This document shows, piece after piece, positions 50,436 to 61,141 of a DNA stretch of 64,000 nt (its first letter is position 1; the number at the start of each line of letters is the position of its first letter). Source of the stretch: Brevirhabdus sp. (GTDB lineage Bacteria > Pseudomonadota > Alphaproteobacteria > Rhodobacterales > Rhodobacteraceae); NCBI GenBank assembly GCA_024637315.1, contig JAGXFH010000004.1, forward strand, positions 21,351 through 85,350, in the 5' to 3' direction. The notes below the pieces were generated by a model. It searched no databases. It had not been told where the DNA came from and was given only the letters and a program-made list of their open reading frames with translations. A program made the position numbers and the translations under genes.

Positions 50436-51875
50436 ATGACCGAGGCCGATTTCAACACCGTCCTGCCAGAGGTCGTGCTGGCTGTCTTCTCGATGGCGGC
50501 GCTGCTCTATGGCGCGTATGGCGGCAAGGACAAGACCGCGCCGATACTGGTTTGGATCACCTCGGCGATCATGGTCGCGATCGCACTTTGGATCGGCGTC
50601 AACGGTGCTGGCGTGCAGACCGGCTTTGGCGGCATGATCGTCAACGACGCGTTCAGCCGCTTTGCCAAGGTAACGATCCTGCTGTCCGGCGCCGCGGTCC
50701 TCTTGATGAGCGAGAGTTACCTTGCCAAGCGCGACCTGCTGCGCTTCGAATATCCGCTTCTGGTGGCGCTGGCGACCGTGGGCATGATGATCATGGTCTC
50801 GGCAGGGGATTTGATGGCGCTTTACATGGGGTTGGAACTGCAATCGCTGGCGCTCTATGTCGTCGCCGCCCTGCGCCGCGACTCTGTCAAATCGACCGAG
50901 GCCGGGCTGAAATACTTCGTTCTCGGCGCGCTTTCTTCGGGCATGCTGCTTTACGGCGCGTCGTTGGTCTATGGCTATTCAGGCACCACGCTGTTCTCGG
51001 GCATCATCCAGACCGCGAACGCGGGCGAGATATCTCTCGGCCTGCTGTTTGGCCTCGTCTTCCTGATCACCGGCCTCGCCTTCAAGGTTTCGGCGGTGCC
51101 GTTCCACATGTGGACGCCCGATGTTTACGAAGGCTCGCCTACGCCTGTCACCGCGTTCTTCGCCACCGCCCCCAAGGTCGCCGCGATGGGCCTTTTCGCG
51201 CGGCTTCTCTTTGACGCCTTCGGCGGCGTGACCGGCGACTGGGGCCAGGTTATCGCGCTTCTCTCGGTCGCCTCGATGTTTCTTGGTGCTTTCGCCGCGA
51301 TCGGCCAGCGCAACATCAAGCGGCTGATGGCCTATTCCTCGATCGCTCATATGGGGTTCGCGCTGATGGGGCTGGCGGCAGGCACGGCGGGCGGCGTTCA
51401 GGCGATGCTGATCTACATGGCGATCTATGTGACGATGAATATCGGGACCTTCGCCTTCATCCTGTCGATGGAGCGTGACGGCGCCCCGGTCACCGATATC
51501 GAAAGCCTCAACCAGCTGTCCAAACATGAGCCTCTCAAGGCGCTGGCGATGCTGGTGCTTCTGTTCAGCCTGGCCGGTGTGCCGCCGCTCGTGGGCTTCT
51601 TCGGCAAGTTCTACGTCCTGAAAGCCGCCGTTGACGCCAACATGGCCTGGCTTGCCGTGGCGGGCGTCGTCGCCTCGGTCATCGGCGCGTTTTATTACCT
51701 TCGGATCGTCTTCTACATGTATTTCGGCGAAGAGGGCAACGGGATCGATGGCCAGATGGCCCCGATTGCTTGGGCCATGCTGATGGTTTCGGCCGCGATC
51801 ATGGTCGTCGGTGTGATCAACCTTTTCGGGATAGAGGCGCTGGCGGCAACGGCAGCAGATGCCCTTGTCAAGTAA
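50436..51875 (+). CDS. nuoN: NADH-quinone oxidoreductase subunit N
   Basis: ND2-like. [27 protein letters not shown]. Confidence 0.95.
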   Translation: MTEADFNTVLPEVVLAVFSMAALLYGAYGGKDKTAPILVWITSAIMVAIALWIGVNGAGVQTGFGGMIVNDAFSRFAKVTILLSGAAVLLMSESYLAKRDLLRFEYPLLVALATVGMMIMVSAGDLMALYMGLELQSLALYVVAALRRDSVKSTEAGLKYFVLGALSSGMLLYGASLVYGYSGTTLFSGIIQTANAGEISLGLLFGLVFLITGLAFKVSAVPFHMWTPDVYEGSPTPVTAFFATAPKVAAMGLFARLLFDAFGGVTGDWGQVIALLSVASMFLGAFAAIGQRNIKRLMAYSSIAHMGFALMGLAAGTAGGVQAMLIYMAIYVTMNIGTFAFILSMERDGAPVTDIESLNQLSKHEPLKALAMLVLLFSLAGVPPLVGFFGKFYVLKAAVDANMAWLAVAGVVASVIGAFYYLRIVFYMYFGEEGNGIDGQMAPIAWAMLMVSAAIMVVGVINLFGIEALAATAADALVK

Positions 51876-52644
51876 CTGGCGCGTAGATGGCGGCGAAGGG
51901 CTGTGGCCGCAAGGCGTCGGCCGCCGCATTCTTCTGGAGGTCGACAGCACCAATGCCGAAGGCTTGCGGCTAGCCCCGTTTCTCGACCATCCCGAATGGA
52001 TCGTGGCGCGCCGCCAGACCGATGGCCGCGGCCGCCGCGGCCGCAGCTGGGTCAGCCCGCACGGCAATTTCGCCGCCACCCTGGTGATGCGCCCGACAGA
52101 GCCTGCCGATCAGGTGGCGCTGCGGTCCTTCGTCGCGGCGTTGGCACTCTTCGACACGCTGGTCGCTATCCTCGGCCGCTTCGACGGGCTGGAGCTGAAA
52201 TGGCCCAACGACGTGCTTCTGGACGGCGGCAAGGTTGCGGGCATCCTGCTGGAAAGCGAAGGATCGGGGAGTACCATCAAGCACCTGGCCATCGGCATCG
52301 GCGTCAACCTTGCCAGCGCTCCCGATCCGGACACGCTCGAACCGGGGGCCGTGCCACCGGTCGCGCTTGCGGATGTAATGGGTGGCACTATCGGGCCGGA
52401 GAACTTTCTTGAATTTCTCGCCCCTGCCTACGCCTATTGGGAAAACCAGTTCAACACCCACGGTTTCGCGCCGATCCGCGCCGCGTGGTTGTCACACGCC
52501 GCCAAGCTGGGCGACCTGATCACCGCCCGCACCGGCAAGACCGAACTCGTCGGCACCTTTGAAACCGTGGACGAGGCCGGAAACCTGATCCTGACCAATG
52601 CCGAAGGCCGCCACACCATCCCCGCTGCCGAGGTATTCCTCTAG
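51859..52644 (+). CDS. birA: Biotin--[acetyl-CoA-carboxylase] ligase (class I, no N-terminal HTH)
   Basis: VDSTNAE and [14 protein letters not shown] (GRGRxGRxW) motifs, then KWPNDVL. The start (ATG 51859, overlapping the nuoN end) is tentative. Confidence 0.88.
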   Translation: MPLSSNWRVDGGEGLWPQGVGRRILLEVDSTNAEGLRLAPFLDHPEWIVARRQTDGRGRRGRSWVSPHGNFAATLVMRPTEPADQVALRSFVAALALFDTLVAILGRFDGLELKWPNDVLLDGGKVAGILLESEGSGSTIKHLAIGIGVNLASAPDPDTLEPGAVPPVALADVMGGTIGPENFLEFLAPAYAYWENQFNTHGFAPIRAAWLSHAAKLGDLITARTGKTELVGTFETVDEAGNLILTNAEGRHTIPAAEVFL

Positions 52645-52677
52645 CGTCCCCGGTATCCCGAAAAAAGCGACAGTGCC

Positions 52678-53454
52678 ATGCTCCTCTGTATCGATACCGG
52701 AAACACCAATACGGTATTTTCCATCTGGAATGACACGAGGTTTCTCGCCACCTGGCGCACCTCGACCGAACACCAGCGCACCGCAGACCAGTATTTCGTC
52801 TGGCTGACGACGCTGATGAAGGCGCAGCATATCGACGTGAAAATTACCGAGGTCATCATCTCCTCGACCGTGCCGCGCGTCGTATTCAACCTGCGAGTCC
52901 TGTGCGACCGCTATTTCAACTGCCGTCCCTATGTCGTCGGCAAGCCCGAATGCCTGTTGCCTTTCGCCCCGCGCGTCGATCCCGGCACCACTGTCGGCCC
53001 GGACCGGATCGTGAACACTACCGGCGCCTTCGACCGCCATGGTGGCGACCTGATCGTCGTCGATTACGGCACCGCCACCACGTTTGACGTGACAGCCCAT
53101 GACGGCGCCTATGTCGGTGGCGTGATCGCCCCCGGCGTCAACCTCAGCCTGGAGGCGCTGCACCAGGCCGCTGCCGCGCTGCCGCATGTCGATGTCACGA
53201 AACCCGACAAGGTGATCGGCACGAATACGGTTGCATGTATGCAGTCAGGTGTGTTCTGGGGCTATATCGGCCTTGTCAAAGGCATCTCGGCCCAGATCAA
53301 GGACGAATACGGAAAACCGATGAAGATCATCGGCACCGGCGGTCTGGCACCGTTATTTGCCCAGGGTAACGGCCTGTTTGACCTGATCGAGGACGATCTG
53401 ACAATGCACGGCCTGACCGTGATCCACAAATACAACAAGGACCAAGGCAATTAA
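52678..53454 (+). CDS. coaX: Type III pantothenate kinase
   Basis: MLLCIDTGNTNTVF N-terminus, a DYGTATTFD-type motif and GTGGLA. Confidence 0.92.
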   Translation: MLLCIDTGNTNTVFSIWNDTRFLATWRTSTEHQRTADQYFVWLTTLMKAQHIDVKITEVIISSTVPRVVFNLRVLCDRYFNCRPYVVGKPECLLPFAPRVDPGTTVGPDRIVNTTGAFDRHGGDLIVVDYGTATTFDVTAHDGAYVGGVIAPGVNLSLEALHQAAAALPHVDVTKPDKVIGTNTVACMQSGVFWGYIGLVKGISAQIKDEYGKPMKIIGTGGLAPLFAQGNGLFDLIEDDLTMHGLTVIHKYNKDQGN

Positions 53455-53464
53455 GGATGAGGCA

Positions 53465-55132
53465 TTGAGCAAGAACCGCCTGATTTACCTTCCGCTCGGC
53501 GGCGCCGGCGAGATCGGGATGAACTGCTACCTTTACGGCTATGGGCCCGAGGGGAAAGAACGGTTCATCATGGTCGATCTCGGCCTGACCTTTCCGGACA
53601 TGGACACCACGCCCGGCGTCGACTTGATCCTGCCCGACATCGAGTGGATCGAGAAGCGGCGCGACCGGCTCGACGCGATCTTCATCAGCCATGCGCACGA
53701 GGATCACGTTGGCGCTGTCGGGCATCTCTGGGGCCACTTAAAGGCCCCGATTTACGCACGGGCCTTCACTGCCCATATGGCGCGGCTGAAATTCGAGGAA
53801 CACGGCCACGACGAGTTGATGATCAAGACCGCGTCGGCCTGGCCCGAAATGATCAAGGCCGGACCGTTCAACGTCGGCTTCGCGCCAATATCTCATTCGA
53901 TCCCGGAAAGCTCGGCGCTGGTTATCGACACACCGGCGGGCCGGATCGTCCATACCGGCGATTTCAAGCTCGACAACAATCCCGGCGTCGGCGAAGCTTG
54001 GAATCCAGAGCTCTGGGCCGACATCGCTGCGAACGGCGTCAAGGCGCTGGTCTGCGATTCCACCAATGTTTTCTCGCCGCTGCCGGGCCGGTCCGAATCG
54101 ACGCTGCCCGAACCGATTACCGAGCTTGTCGCCGGTGCCAAGGGCCTTGTTGCCGCCACAACCTTTGCCTCGAACATAGCGCGGGTGAAGACCTTGGCGG
54201 TTGCAGGCAAGAATGCCGGCCGCTCGGTCGTGCTGCTGGGCCGGGCGATGCGACGGATGATCACCGCGGGCGTCGAAACCGGCATCCTGCAGGATTTCCC
54301 CGCCACCGTTAGCCCCGAAGACGCACTGTCGGTTCCCCGCGACAGCCTGATGCTGATCGTCACCGGAAGCCAGGGCGAACGCCGCGCCGCTTCGGCGCAA
54401 CTCAGCCGCGGCAAGTACCTCGGGCTGACGCTGAAAGAGGGCGACATGTTCCTGTTCTCGTCAAAGACCATTCCAGGCAATGAACGCAGCGTTGGGCGCA
54501 TCGTCAACGCGTTCTCGGAAATGGGTGTTGACGTCGTCGATGACAGTTCTGGCCTTTATCACGTGTCGGGCCATGCCAACCGTCCGGATCTTGCCGAGAT
54601 GCACCGCATCATCGCCCCCGATTTCCTGATCCCGATGCACGGCGAACACCGCCACCTGCGCGAACATGTCAAATTGGCTGCCGAAACCGGCCTTTCGGGC
54701 GTACTGGCCCCGAACGGCACGATGGTCGATATTTCCGGCAAGACCCCGAAGGTCGTCGATCACGTCGACACCGGCCGCACCTACCTTGACGGCGCGGTGC
54801 TGATCGGCGCGATGGACGGAGTGGTGCGCGACCGCATTCGCATGGCATTGAATGGCCATGTCCTCGTGACGCTGATTGTCGAGGACGATCAGCCCTTGGG
54901 CGAGGCATGGTGCGAGATCATGGGCCTGCCCGAAACCGGTCGTTCGCGCGCCGCGCTGGTCGAGGTGTTGGAAGAGGACGTGACCCAGTTCCTGATGCGT
55001 GCCGGCCGCAAGACGCTGGCTGACGACGACAAGCTGGGGGACGAGATCCGCCGCATCGTGCGCAACACCGCCAACGACGAGATCGGCAAGAAGCCGGAAG
55101 TCACTGTCGTGGTCAGCCGGCTGCAGGGTTAG
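53465..55132 (+). CDS. rnj: Ribonuclease J (beta-CASP metallo-beta-lactamase family)
   Basis: TTG start. ISHAHEDHVGA (HxHxDH), DSTN and HVSGHA motifs. 555 aa. Confidence 0.88.
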   Translation: MSKNRLIYLPLGGAGEIGMNCYLYGYGPEGKERFIMVDLGLTFPDMDTTPGVDLILPDIEWIEKRRDRLDAIFISHAHEDHVGAVGHLWGHLKAPIYARAFTAHMARLKFEEHGHDELMIKTASAWPEMIKAGPFNVGFAPISHSIPESSALVIDTPAGRIVHTGDFKLDNNPGVGEAWNPELWADIAANGVKALVCDSTNVFSPLPGRSESTLPEPITELVAGAKGLVAATTFASNIARVKTLAVAGKNAGRSVVLLGRAMRRMITAGVETGILQDFPATVSPEDALSVPRDSLMLIVTGSQGERRAASAQLSRGKYLGLTLKEGDMFLFSSKTIPGNERSVGRIVNAFSEMGVDVVDDSSGLYHVSGHANRPDLAEMHRIIAPDFLIPMHGEHRHLREHVKLAAETGLSGVLAPNGTMVDISGKTPKVVDHVDTGRTYLDGAVLIGAMDGVVRDRIRMALNGHVLVTLIVEDDQPLGEAWCEIMGLPETGRSRAALVEVLEEDVTQFLMRAGRKTLADDDKLGDEIRRIVRNTANDEIGKKPEVTVVVSRLQG

Positions 55133-55236
55133 CGGCGGGATATAGCCCGATCGAGTCGGATCGAGCCTTCAAGATATTGATGGACCGCCATTTATACTCT
55201 GTTGAGGCTTTGCCGAGTTCTGAACGACCAAGGATC

Positions 55237-55258
55237 GCGCAAGCCTTTCAGCTTGCGC
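55237..55258. terminator. Stem-loop GCGCAAGC-ctttca-GCTTGCGC at the convergent rnj/rhlE junction
   Basis: Perfect 8-bp stem. The rhlE stop codon (55248-55250) sits in the loop. Could act bidirectionally. Confidence 0.35.
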
Positions 55259-56738
55259 GCCGATCGTCGAAACTCAGTGCGATAAAGCTTGGCATATGGT
55301 CGCCCATGCCCACCACCTTGTCGCGTCCGCCATCCCGGCTTCTGTCGCGATTGCGGTTGTCGCGTGGCCGGTCACTGCGCTGCTGCTGGTCGCGATGCTG
55401 GCGGTCGTCCTGTCGCGATTTCTCGGCGACAGCGTCCTGCTGCACGGACTCGGAAACCTCTGCCACAGGGGCGGGGGCCACAGTGTCGGACTTCTCGTCC
55501 CGATCCCTGGATTTCCGGCTTCTCGGCTGACGCTCTCGGCGTGGTTTCACCTCGTCCTCTGAACTGGTGATTTCGTCATGAACGGTGGATCTTTCGGAAT
55601 TCTCCGCGCGCGGAATTTCCTTCTCGATCAACCGTTCGATAGCGGCAAGGTTCTTTTCGTCCTGCGGCACGCAGATCATGATCGCCTTGCCGTCGCGACC
55701 TGCACGGCCGGTCCGCCCGATCCGGTGGATGTAATCCTCCGGGTGGCTTGGAACGTCGAAATTGAACACATGGCTGACGGCGGGTACGTCCAGCCCCCGC
55801 GCCGCCACGTCCGAGGCGACAAGGAAGCGCAACGCCCCCTCACGGAACCCATCGAGTGTGCGGGTGCGCTGTGACTGGTCCAGATCACCATGGATCGGAG
55901 CGGCATCATAACCATGCTTTTTAAGGGACTTTGCAACGACATCCACATCCGTCTTGCGGTTGCAGAAGACGATTGCATTAGTACATTTGTCGCCTTCGGC
56001 ATCGATCAGTCTGCGCAGCAGATCGCGCTTTTCGGTCGGTTGCCGGTCTTTTCGGCTGCCCTTGAACGGGACCACGACCTGGGTGATCGTCTCGGATGCC
56101 GTGGCCTGTCGGGCCACTTCGATCTTGGCGGGATTGGACAGGAATGTGTTGGTGATTCGCTCAATCTCCGGAGCCATCGTGGCACTGAAGAACAGCGTCT
56201 GCCGAGTAAACGGGGTAAGGCTGAAAATCCGTTCGATATCGGGGATGAAGCCCATATCCAGCATCCGGTCGGCTTCATCCACGACCATGATCTGCACGCC
56301 GGTAAGCAACAACTTGCCGCGCTCGAAATGGTCCAGCAGTCGGCCCGGAGTCGCAATCAGCACATCGACGCCGCGGTCGATCAGCATGTCCTGCTCCTTG
56401 AACGAGACGCCACCGATCAGCAACGCCTTGGTCAGTTTCAGGTGCTTGGTATAAGTATCAAAATTTTCAGCCACTTGCGCGGCCAGTTCCCGCGTCGGGC
56501 ACAGCACCAGACTGCGCGGCATCCGCGCCCGAGCCCGGCCTTTTGCCAGCAGCGTGATCATCGGCAGCACGAAGCCCGCAGTCTTGCCGGTTCCGGTCTG
56601 GGCGATGCCCAGCACGTCGCGCCCTTGAAGCGCAGCTGGTATGGCGCCCGCCTGGATCGGTGTCGGCGTTTCGTAGCCTGTGTCGATAACGGCTTGAAGG
56701 ACCCTCGGGTCCAGATTCAGGTCAGAGAATTTTGTCAT
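55248..56738 (-). CDS. rhlE: ATP-dependent DEAD-box RNA helicase with an Arg/Asp/Ser-rich C-terminal tail
   Basis: The Q-motif region GYETPTPIQ plus AQTGTGKT, DEAD, SAT and HRIGRTGRAG. The N-terminus aligns by eye with E. coli RhlE. Confidence 0.9.
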   Translation of the reverse strand: MTKFSDLNLDPRVLQAVIDTGYETPTPIQAGAIPAALQGRDVLGIAQTGTGKTAGFVLPMITLLAKGRARARMPRSLVLCPTRELAAQVAENFDTYTKHLKLTKALLIGGVSFKEQDMLIDRGVDVLIATPGRLLDHFERGKLLLTGVQIMVVDEADRMLDMGFIPDIERIFSLTPFTRQTLFFSATMAPEIERITNTFLSNPAKIEVARQATASETITQVVVPFKGSRKDRQPTEKRDLLRRLIDAEGDKCTNAIVFCNRKTDVDVVAKSLKKHGYDAAPIHGDLDQSQRTRTLDGFREGALRFLVASDVAARGLDVPAVSHVFNFDVPSHPEDYIHRIGRTGRAGRDGKAIMICVPQDEKNLAAIERLIEKEIPRAENSERSTVHDEITSSEDEVKPRRERQPRSRKSRDRDEKSDTVAPAPVAEVSESVQQDAVAEKSRQDDRQHRDQQQRSDRPRDNRNRDRSRDGGRDKVVGMGDHMPSFIALSFDDRRAS

Positions 56739-57001
56739 TCATGTCCGTGTTCTTACGGACAGATGTCGCCCGTAACGTCTGATGAGGCTTGGCCCGTATA
56801 GCCAACTCGTTCAAAAGTGCCCCAGATTGCTGCGGGACTACTCCAATTGCAGCCCGCGGTCAACGTGACTCGTCAACGAGTTAGTCAATATTACATGATT
56901 CCGAAGATTGTTTCCAACTCTGTTGAAATCGACCCTTAAGGGTGGAACCATACCCAAGAGTGGTGTGTTCATTTGGCACATGCAAACGAAAGGACGAGAC
57001 G

Positions 57002-57430
57002 ATGATAAAGAAAAAGGGTTCTGCTGTCTGGAAAGGCACGTTGAAAGAAGGCAAGGGCATGGTCTCGACCGAAACCGGGGTGCTGAACGAACAGCCCTAT
57101 GGGTTTCAAACCCGTTTCGAAGGGAAGAAAGGCACCAATCCGGAAGAACTGATTGCCGCCGCCCATGCCAGTTGTTTCTCGATGGCTCTCTCTGGCGTGC
57201 TTGCCGAACATGGTCTGACCGCCGACGATATCTCGACCACAGCCACTGTGTCGCTGGAACAGAAGGACGTCGGATTCACCGTGACGAAATCCCATCTTAG
57301 CATGACCGCCAAGATCCCCGGCGCGGACGACGAGACGTTTCAGAAGGCCGCAAAGGCAGCCAAGGAAAACTGTCCGATCTCAAGGCTGTTGAACGCTGAA
57401 ATCACCATGGATGCCAAGTTGGCGTCTTGA
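57002..57430 (+). CDS. osmC: OsmC-family peroxiredoxin
   Basis: Inner ATG 57002. KKGSAVWKGTLKEGKGMVSTETGVLNEQPYGFQTRFEGKKGTNPEELIAAAHASCFSMAL closely parallels E. coli OsmC. Second Cys in ENCPIS. Confidence 0.9.
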   Translation: MIKKKGSAVWKGTLKEGKGMVSTETGVLNEQPYGFQTRFEGKKGTNPEELIAAAHASCFSMALSGVLAEHGLTADDISTTATVSLEQKDVGFTVTKSHLSMTAKIPGADDETFQKAAKAAKENCPISRLLNAEITMDAKLAS

Positions 57431-57441
57431 CACCAGCGGCG

Positions 57442-59049
57442 TCAGACCATCATCTCTTTCGTCGCCGTCAGTTTCAGTTCCGGATGGTCGCGTTCGATCC
57501 GGTCGATATCCCATTGCAGGCGCGTCAGATAAACAAGGTGGCCATCAGTATCATAGGCAACATGGCCCTTGTTTAGGCTGACGAATTTATCGACTGCCGC
57601 CTTCGGCCCGGCAATCCAGCGTGCAGAGGTGAATTGCGATTGCTCGAACCGCACCGGCAAGCCGTATTCCAGTTCAATCCGACTGGCGAGCACCTCGAAC
57701 TGCAGCGCGCCCACGACACCCACAACGAATCCAGAGCCGATCATCGGCTTGAAAACCTTGGCCGCGCCTTCCTCGGCAAACTGCGTCAGCGCCTTTTCCA
57801 GATGCTTGGCCTTCATCGGATCGAGCGCGCGGACCGATCGCAGCAGCTCCGGCGCGAAAGACGGGATGCCGGTAACGCGCAGTTCCTCGCCCTCGGTCAG
57901 CGTGTCGCCAATGCGAAGCTGCCCGTGGTTGGGAATGCCGATGATGTCCCCGGCCCAGGCTTCTTCGGCCAGTTCACGGTCGGCGGCAAGAAACAGCACC
58001 GGGTTGGTGATCGACATCGATTTTTTCGACCTGACGTGATGCAACTTCATCCCGCGTTCGAAATGGCCCGAGGCAAGTCGGACGAATGCGACCCGGTCGC
58101 GGTGTTTGGGATCCATGTTGGCCTGAACCTTGAAGACGAATCCCGCGACCGTCTTTTCGTCCGGCCCGATCTGACGGGGTTCGGCAGACTGCGGCTGCGG
58201 GACCGGGCCAAAATCTCCAATGCCGTCCATCAACTCCTTGACACCAAAGGAATTGATCGCTGAACCGAACCAGATCGGCGTCATCGTGCCATCCAGAAAG
58301 GACTGGCGGTCGAAGGCGGGTAACAGTTCGCGCGCCATCTCGACCTCTTCGCGCAGCTTGTCGAGCAGCGCCGAGGGCACATGGTCGGCAAGCTTTGGAT
58401 CGTCCAGTCCTTCGATCCTGATGCTTTCGGCGACCCGGTTGCGGTCGGCGCGGTCCATCAGTTCCAGCCGGTTGTGCAGCATGTCGAAGCAGCCGATGAA
58501 CTCTCGCCCCACGCCGATCGGCCAAGAGGCCGGCGTGACGTCGATGGCAAGATTTTCCTGGATCTCGTCGATGATCTCGAACGTGTCGCGGCTTTCCCGG
58601 TCCATCTTATTGCAGAACGTCAGGATTGGCAGATCTCGCAGGCGGCACACTTCGAAAAGCTTGCGGGTCTGGCTTTCCACTCCCTTGGCTCCGTCGATCA
58701 CCATCACCGCGGCATCGACAGCCGTGAGCGTTCGATAGGTGTCCTCGGAGAAGTCCGAGTGGCCGGGCGTATCCACCAGATTGAACCGGTAGCCCGCGAA
58801 GTCGAACGACATCGCCGAGGCCGAAACCGAGATCCCGCGATCCTTTTCCATTTGCATGAAGTCTGACCGGGTGCGCCGCGCCTCGCCCTTGGCGCGCACC
58901 TGTCCGGCCATCTGGATCGCGCCACCGTAGAGCAGGAACTTCTCGGTCAGCGTGGTCTTGCCGGCATCCGGATGGCTGATTATGGCAAAGGTGCGCCGCC
59001 GGGCAATCTCGGCGGGCAGGTCGGGGATGTTCGAGGTGCGGTCCAGCAT
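57442..59049 (-). CDS. prfC: Peptide chain release factor 3
   Basis: RRTFAIISHPDAGKTTLTEK (G1), DTPGHSDF (G3), NKMD (G4). 535 aa. Confidence 0.95.
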   Translation of the reverse strand: MLDRTSNIPDLPAEIARRRTFAIISHPDAGKTTLTEKFLLYGGAIQMAGQVRAKGEARRTRSDFMQMEKDRGISVSASAMSFDFAGYRFNLVDTPGHSDFSEDTYRTLTAVDAAVMVIDGAKGVESQTRKLFEVCRLRDLPILTFCNKMDRESRDTFEIIDEIQENLAIDVTPASWPIGVGREFIGCFDMLHNRLELMDRADRNRVAESIRIEGLDDPKLADHVPSALLDKLREEVEMARELLPAFDRQSFLDGTMTPIWFGSAINSFGVKELMDGIGDFGPVPQPQSAEPRQIGPDEKTVAGFVFKVQANMDPKHRDRVAFVRLASGHFERGMKLHHVRSKKSMSITNPVLFLAADRELAEEAWAGDIIGIPNHGQLRIGDTLTEGEELRVTGIPSFAPELLRSVRALDPMKAKHLEKALTQFAEEGAAKVFKPMIGSGFVVGVVGALQFEVLASRIELEYGLPVRFEQSQFTSARWIAGPKAAVDKFVSLNKGHVAYDTDGHLVYLTRLQWDIDRIERDHPELKLTATKEMMV

Positions 59050-59124
59050 GATGCGTGCCGTTTACCTCGGACAGCCATGGCCCGCAATCGGGCAATGTCA
59101 GGCCCATCATCTCGGACCAGCGGG

Positions 59125-60141
59125 CTAACTTCGCGAAGCGCGGCGAGCTTCCTCGGCGATGCCGGACTGGTCAAGCTCGACATTGGGCAATTCCAGCGCG
59201 CTGGCGGCGTCCACGCCGTTCGCTTCGGAGCGCAGCCGAAGTTGCAAGTCCTTTGGCAGAGAACTCTGTACGTGCGGTGCCGCGAATAGGCTTTCGGCCG
59301 CAATCCCCTCAGCATAGATGATCTCATGCTGGTCGAAGAGCAGCTGGAAATAGTCGACGAAACCGCCTTCGGATTTCGTGACGGTCACATCGTTTACCAA
59401 CTGGCCGGCGCGGATCATCACTTCGGCCCGACCGGTGCCAAGGCGATCGTGACGCTGGTAGACGAACAGGCGATGGGTCGGTGCCAGCGTCAGTGGGCCG
59501 TGATTGTTGAGCACGCCCTTGGCGATACGAATCGGCGCAAACGCACCGGTGGCCCGAACCGTCTGCTGGCCCACCCAGCGGATCGGCTGCGGGCCGTGTG
59601 CCCGCGTCAGGACCCGATCGCCGGGCCGCAGGTCCTCGATCGGAATCTGCCGCCCGTCCGCCAGCGCGATGTGGGTTCCGCGCACGAACGAGACGCAGCC
59701 CAAACTGGCGAATTGGGTGACCGCCCGGTTCCGGTCGATCGCGACGAGCATGTAATCGGTGTTCTTCCGGATCGTTGCTAGAGGCATCATGTAGGTCGCG
59801 TCGATCATGCCATCTTCTATCTCGACGATGATCAGCACTTCGATGGTCGAGCCATCGAAACACATGAACGTGGCGCAGCAGTCTAGATGCAGCACAGCGC
59901 CTTCGCGCCCGACTTCACTATTCTTGCCAACCTCGAAAAGTTCCGCCTGACCATCACCGGAAATCGCAAGCCGTTGGCGTTTTGCGTCGGGATGCAGCCG
60001 ATACACATCGGTGAGGTTCAATCCATCTTCATCGGACAGCGAATCGCCAAGATTGGCGCCGCTGGTGACAACAAACCAATCGGTCCGGTACACTGGCAAA
60101 GCCAGCATTGCGCTATTTCGATCAGCACTCATATTAGTCAC
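59125..60141 (-). CDS. Hint (Hedgehog/intein, bacterial intein-like) domain-containing protein
   Basis: Hint module at about aa 149-285 (nt ~59287-59697): CVSFVRGTHIALADGRQIPIEDLRPGDRVLTRAHGPQPIRWVG ... HEIIYAEGIAAESLF. The N-terminal 148 aa are unassigned. Codon usage is visibly more A/T-ending than in neighbouring genes. Confidence 0.8.
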   Translation of the reverse strand: MTNMSADRNSAMLALPVYRTDWFVVTSGANLGDSLSDEDGLNLTDVYRLHPDAKRQRLAISGDGQAELFEVGKNSEVGREGAVLHLDCCATFMCFDGSTIEVLIIVEIEDGMIDATYMMPLATIRKNTDYMLVAIDRNRAVTQFASLGCVSFVRGTHIALADGRQIPIEDLRPGDRVLTRAHGPQPIRWVGQQTVRATGAFAPIRIAKGVLNNHGPLTLAPTHRLFVYQRHDRLGTGRAEVMIRAGQLVNDVTVTKSEGGFVDYFQLLFDQHEIIYAEGIAAESLFAAPHVQSSLPKDLQLRLRSEANGVDAASALELPNVELDQSGIAEEARRASRS

Positions 60142-60361
60142 CGGCCGCCAATTCTACGCGCCGCTTCGCCGATAGGTGTGGCATAGGTTGGGCGGATTGA
60201 CGAACGATAGAGCCGGTCGTCGCACGGGTCAATCTGCGCGTGTATTTCCCGTCGAATCGCGCAGAATTCTGACATGTTTCGTGATCCCGTGTTGCAGCTT
60301 TGCATTGCGACCGGCGGTTGGCTGGGCCATGGTTCGCGCTAAACAACGGGGAGAGACCAAA

Positions 60362-61141
60362 ATGGATCTGGGAATTTCTGGCAAGCGTGCCATCGTCTGC
60401 GCCTCTTCCAAGGGATTGGGGCTGGGCTGTGCGCGGGCGCTGGCCGAGGCGGGCGTCGATCTGGTGATTAATGCGCGCGGCATCGAGGCGCTGGAAGCAG
60501 CGGCGCAGTCGATTCGCGAGGAGTTCGGCGTGACCGTCTCCGCCGTCGCCGCCGACATCACCCAAGCGGAAGGCCGCGCGGCGGTATTGAAGGCTGCCGG
60601 CAGCGCCGATATCCTTGTGAACAACGCCGGTGGCCCTCCGCCGGGCATGTGGACGGATTGGAGCCGCGAAGATTTCATTCGAGCGCTTGATGCCAACATG
60701 CTGACGCCGATCGCGATGATGCAGGCCGTTCTGCCCGGCATGATGGATCGCGGCTGGGGCAGGGTTGTGAACATCACCAGCCAGTCGGTCAAGGCGCCGA
60801 TTCCGCAACTGGGTCTGTCGAATTCGGCCCGCGCCGGGCTGACCGGGTTCGTTGGCGGCACCTCGCGGCAGGTGGCGCCCTCTGGCGTGACGATCAACAA
60901 CATGCAACCGGGTATCCACGCAACGGATCGTGCGGATTCGCTCGACGCAGGCGTGGCCAAGGCCGAGGGCATATCGGTTGAGGAAGCACGCCAGCGGCGC
61001 GCGGCCACCATTCCCGCGCGCCGCTATGGCACCGCCGAGGAATTCGGCGCGACCTGTGCTTTCCTCTGCTCGCAGCATGCCGGGTTTATCGTCGGCCAGA
61101 ACATCCTGCTGGATGGCGGCGCGATCAACTCGACGATGTAG
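60362..61141 (+). CDS. SDR-family oxidoreductase
   Basis: Inner ATG 60362 after GGGGAGAG. ASSKGLGLGCA glycine-rich loop and NNAG. Atypical active-site region (NSARAG). Confidence 0.85.
   Translation: MDLGISGKRAIVCASSKGLGLGCARALAEAGVDLVINARGIEALEAAAQSIREEFGVTVSAVAADITQAEGRAAVLKAAGSADILVNNAGGPPPGMWTDWSREDFIRALDANMLTPIAMMQAVLPGMMDRGWGRVVNITSQSVKAPIPQLGLSNSARAGLTGFVGGTSRQVAPSGVTINNMQPGIHATDRADSLDAGVAKAEGISVEEARQRRAATIPARRYGTAEEFGATCAFLCSQHAGFIVGQNILLDGGAINSTM

Noticed and set aside
57442-59049. Programmed frameshift in a release-factor gene
   Set aside because: This is prfC (RF3, a GTPase), read as one uninterrupted ORF. The known +1 frameshift belongs to prfB.
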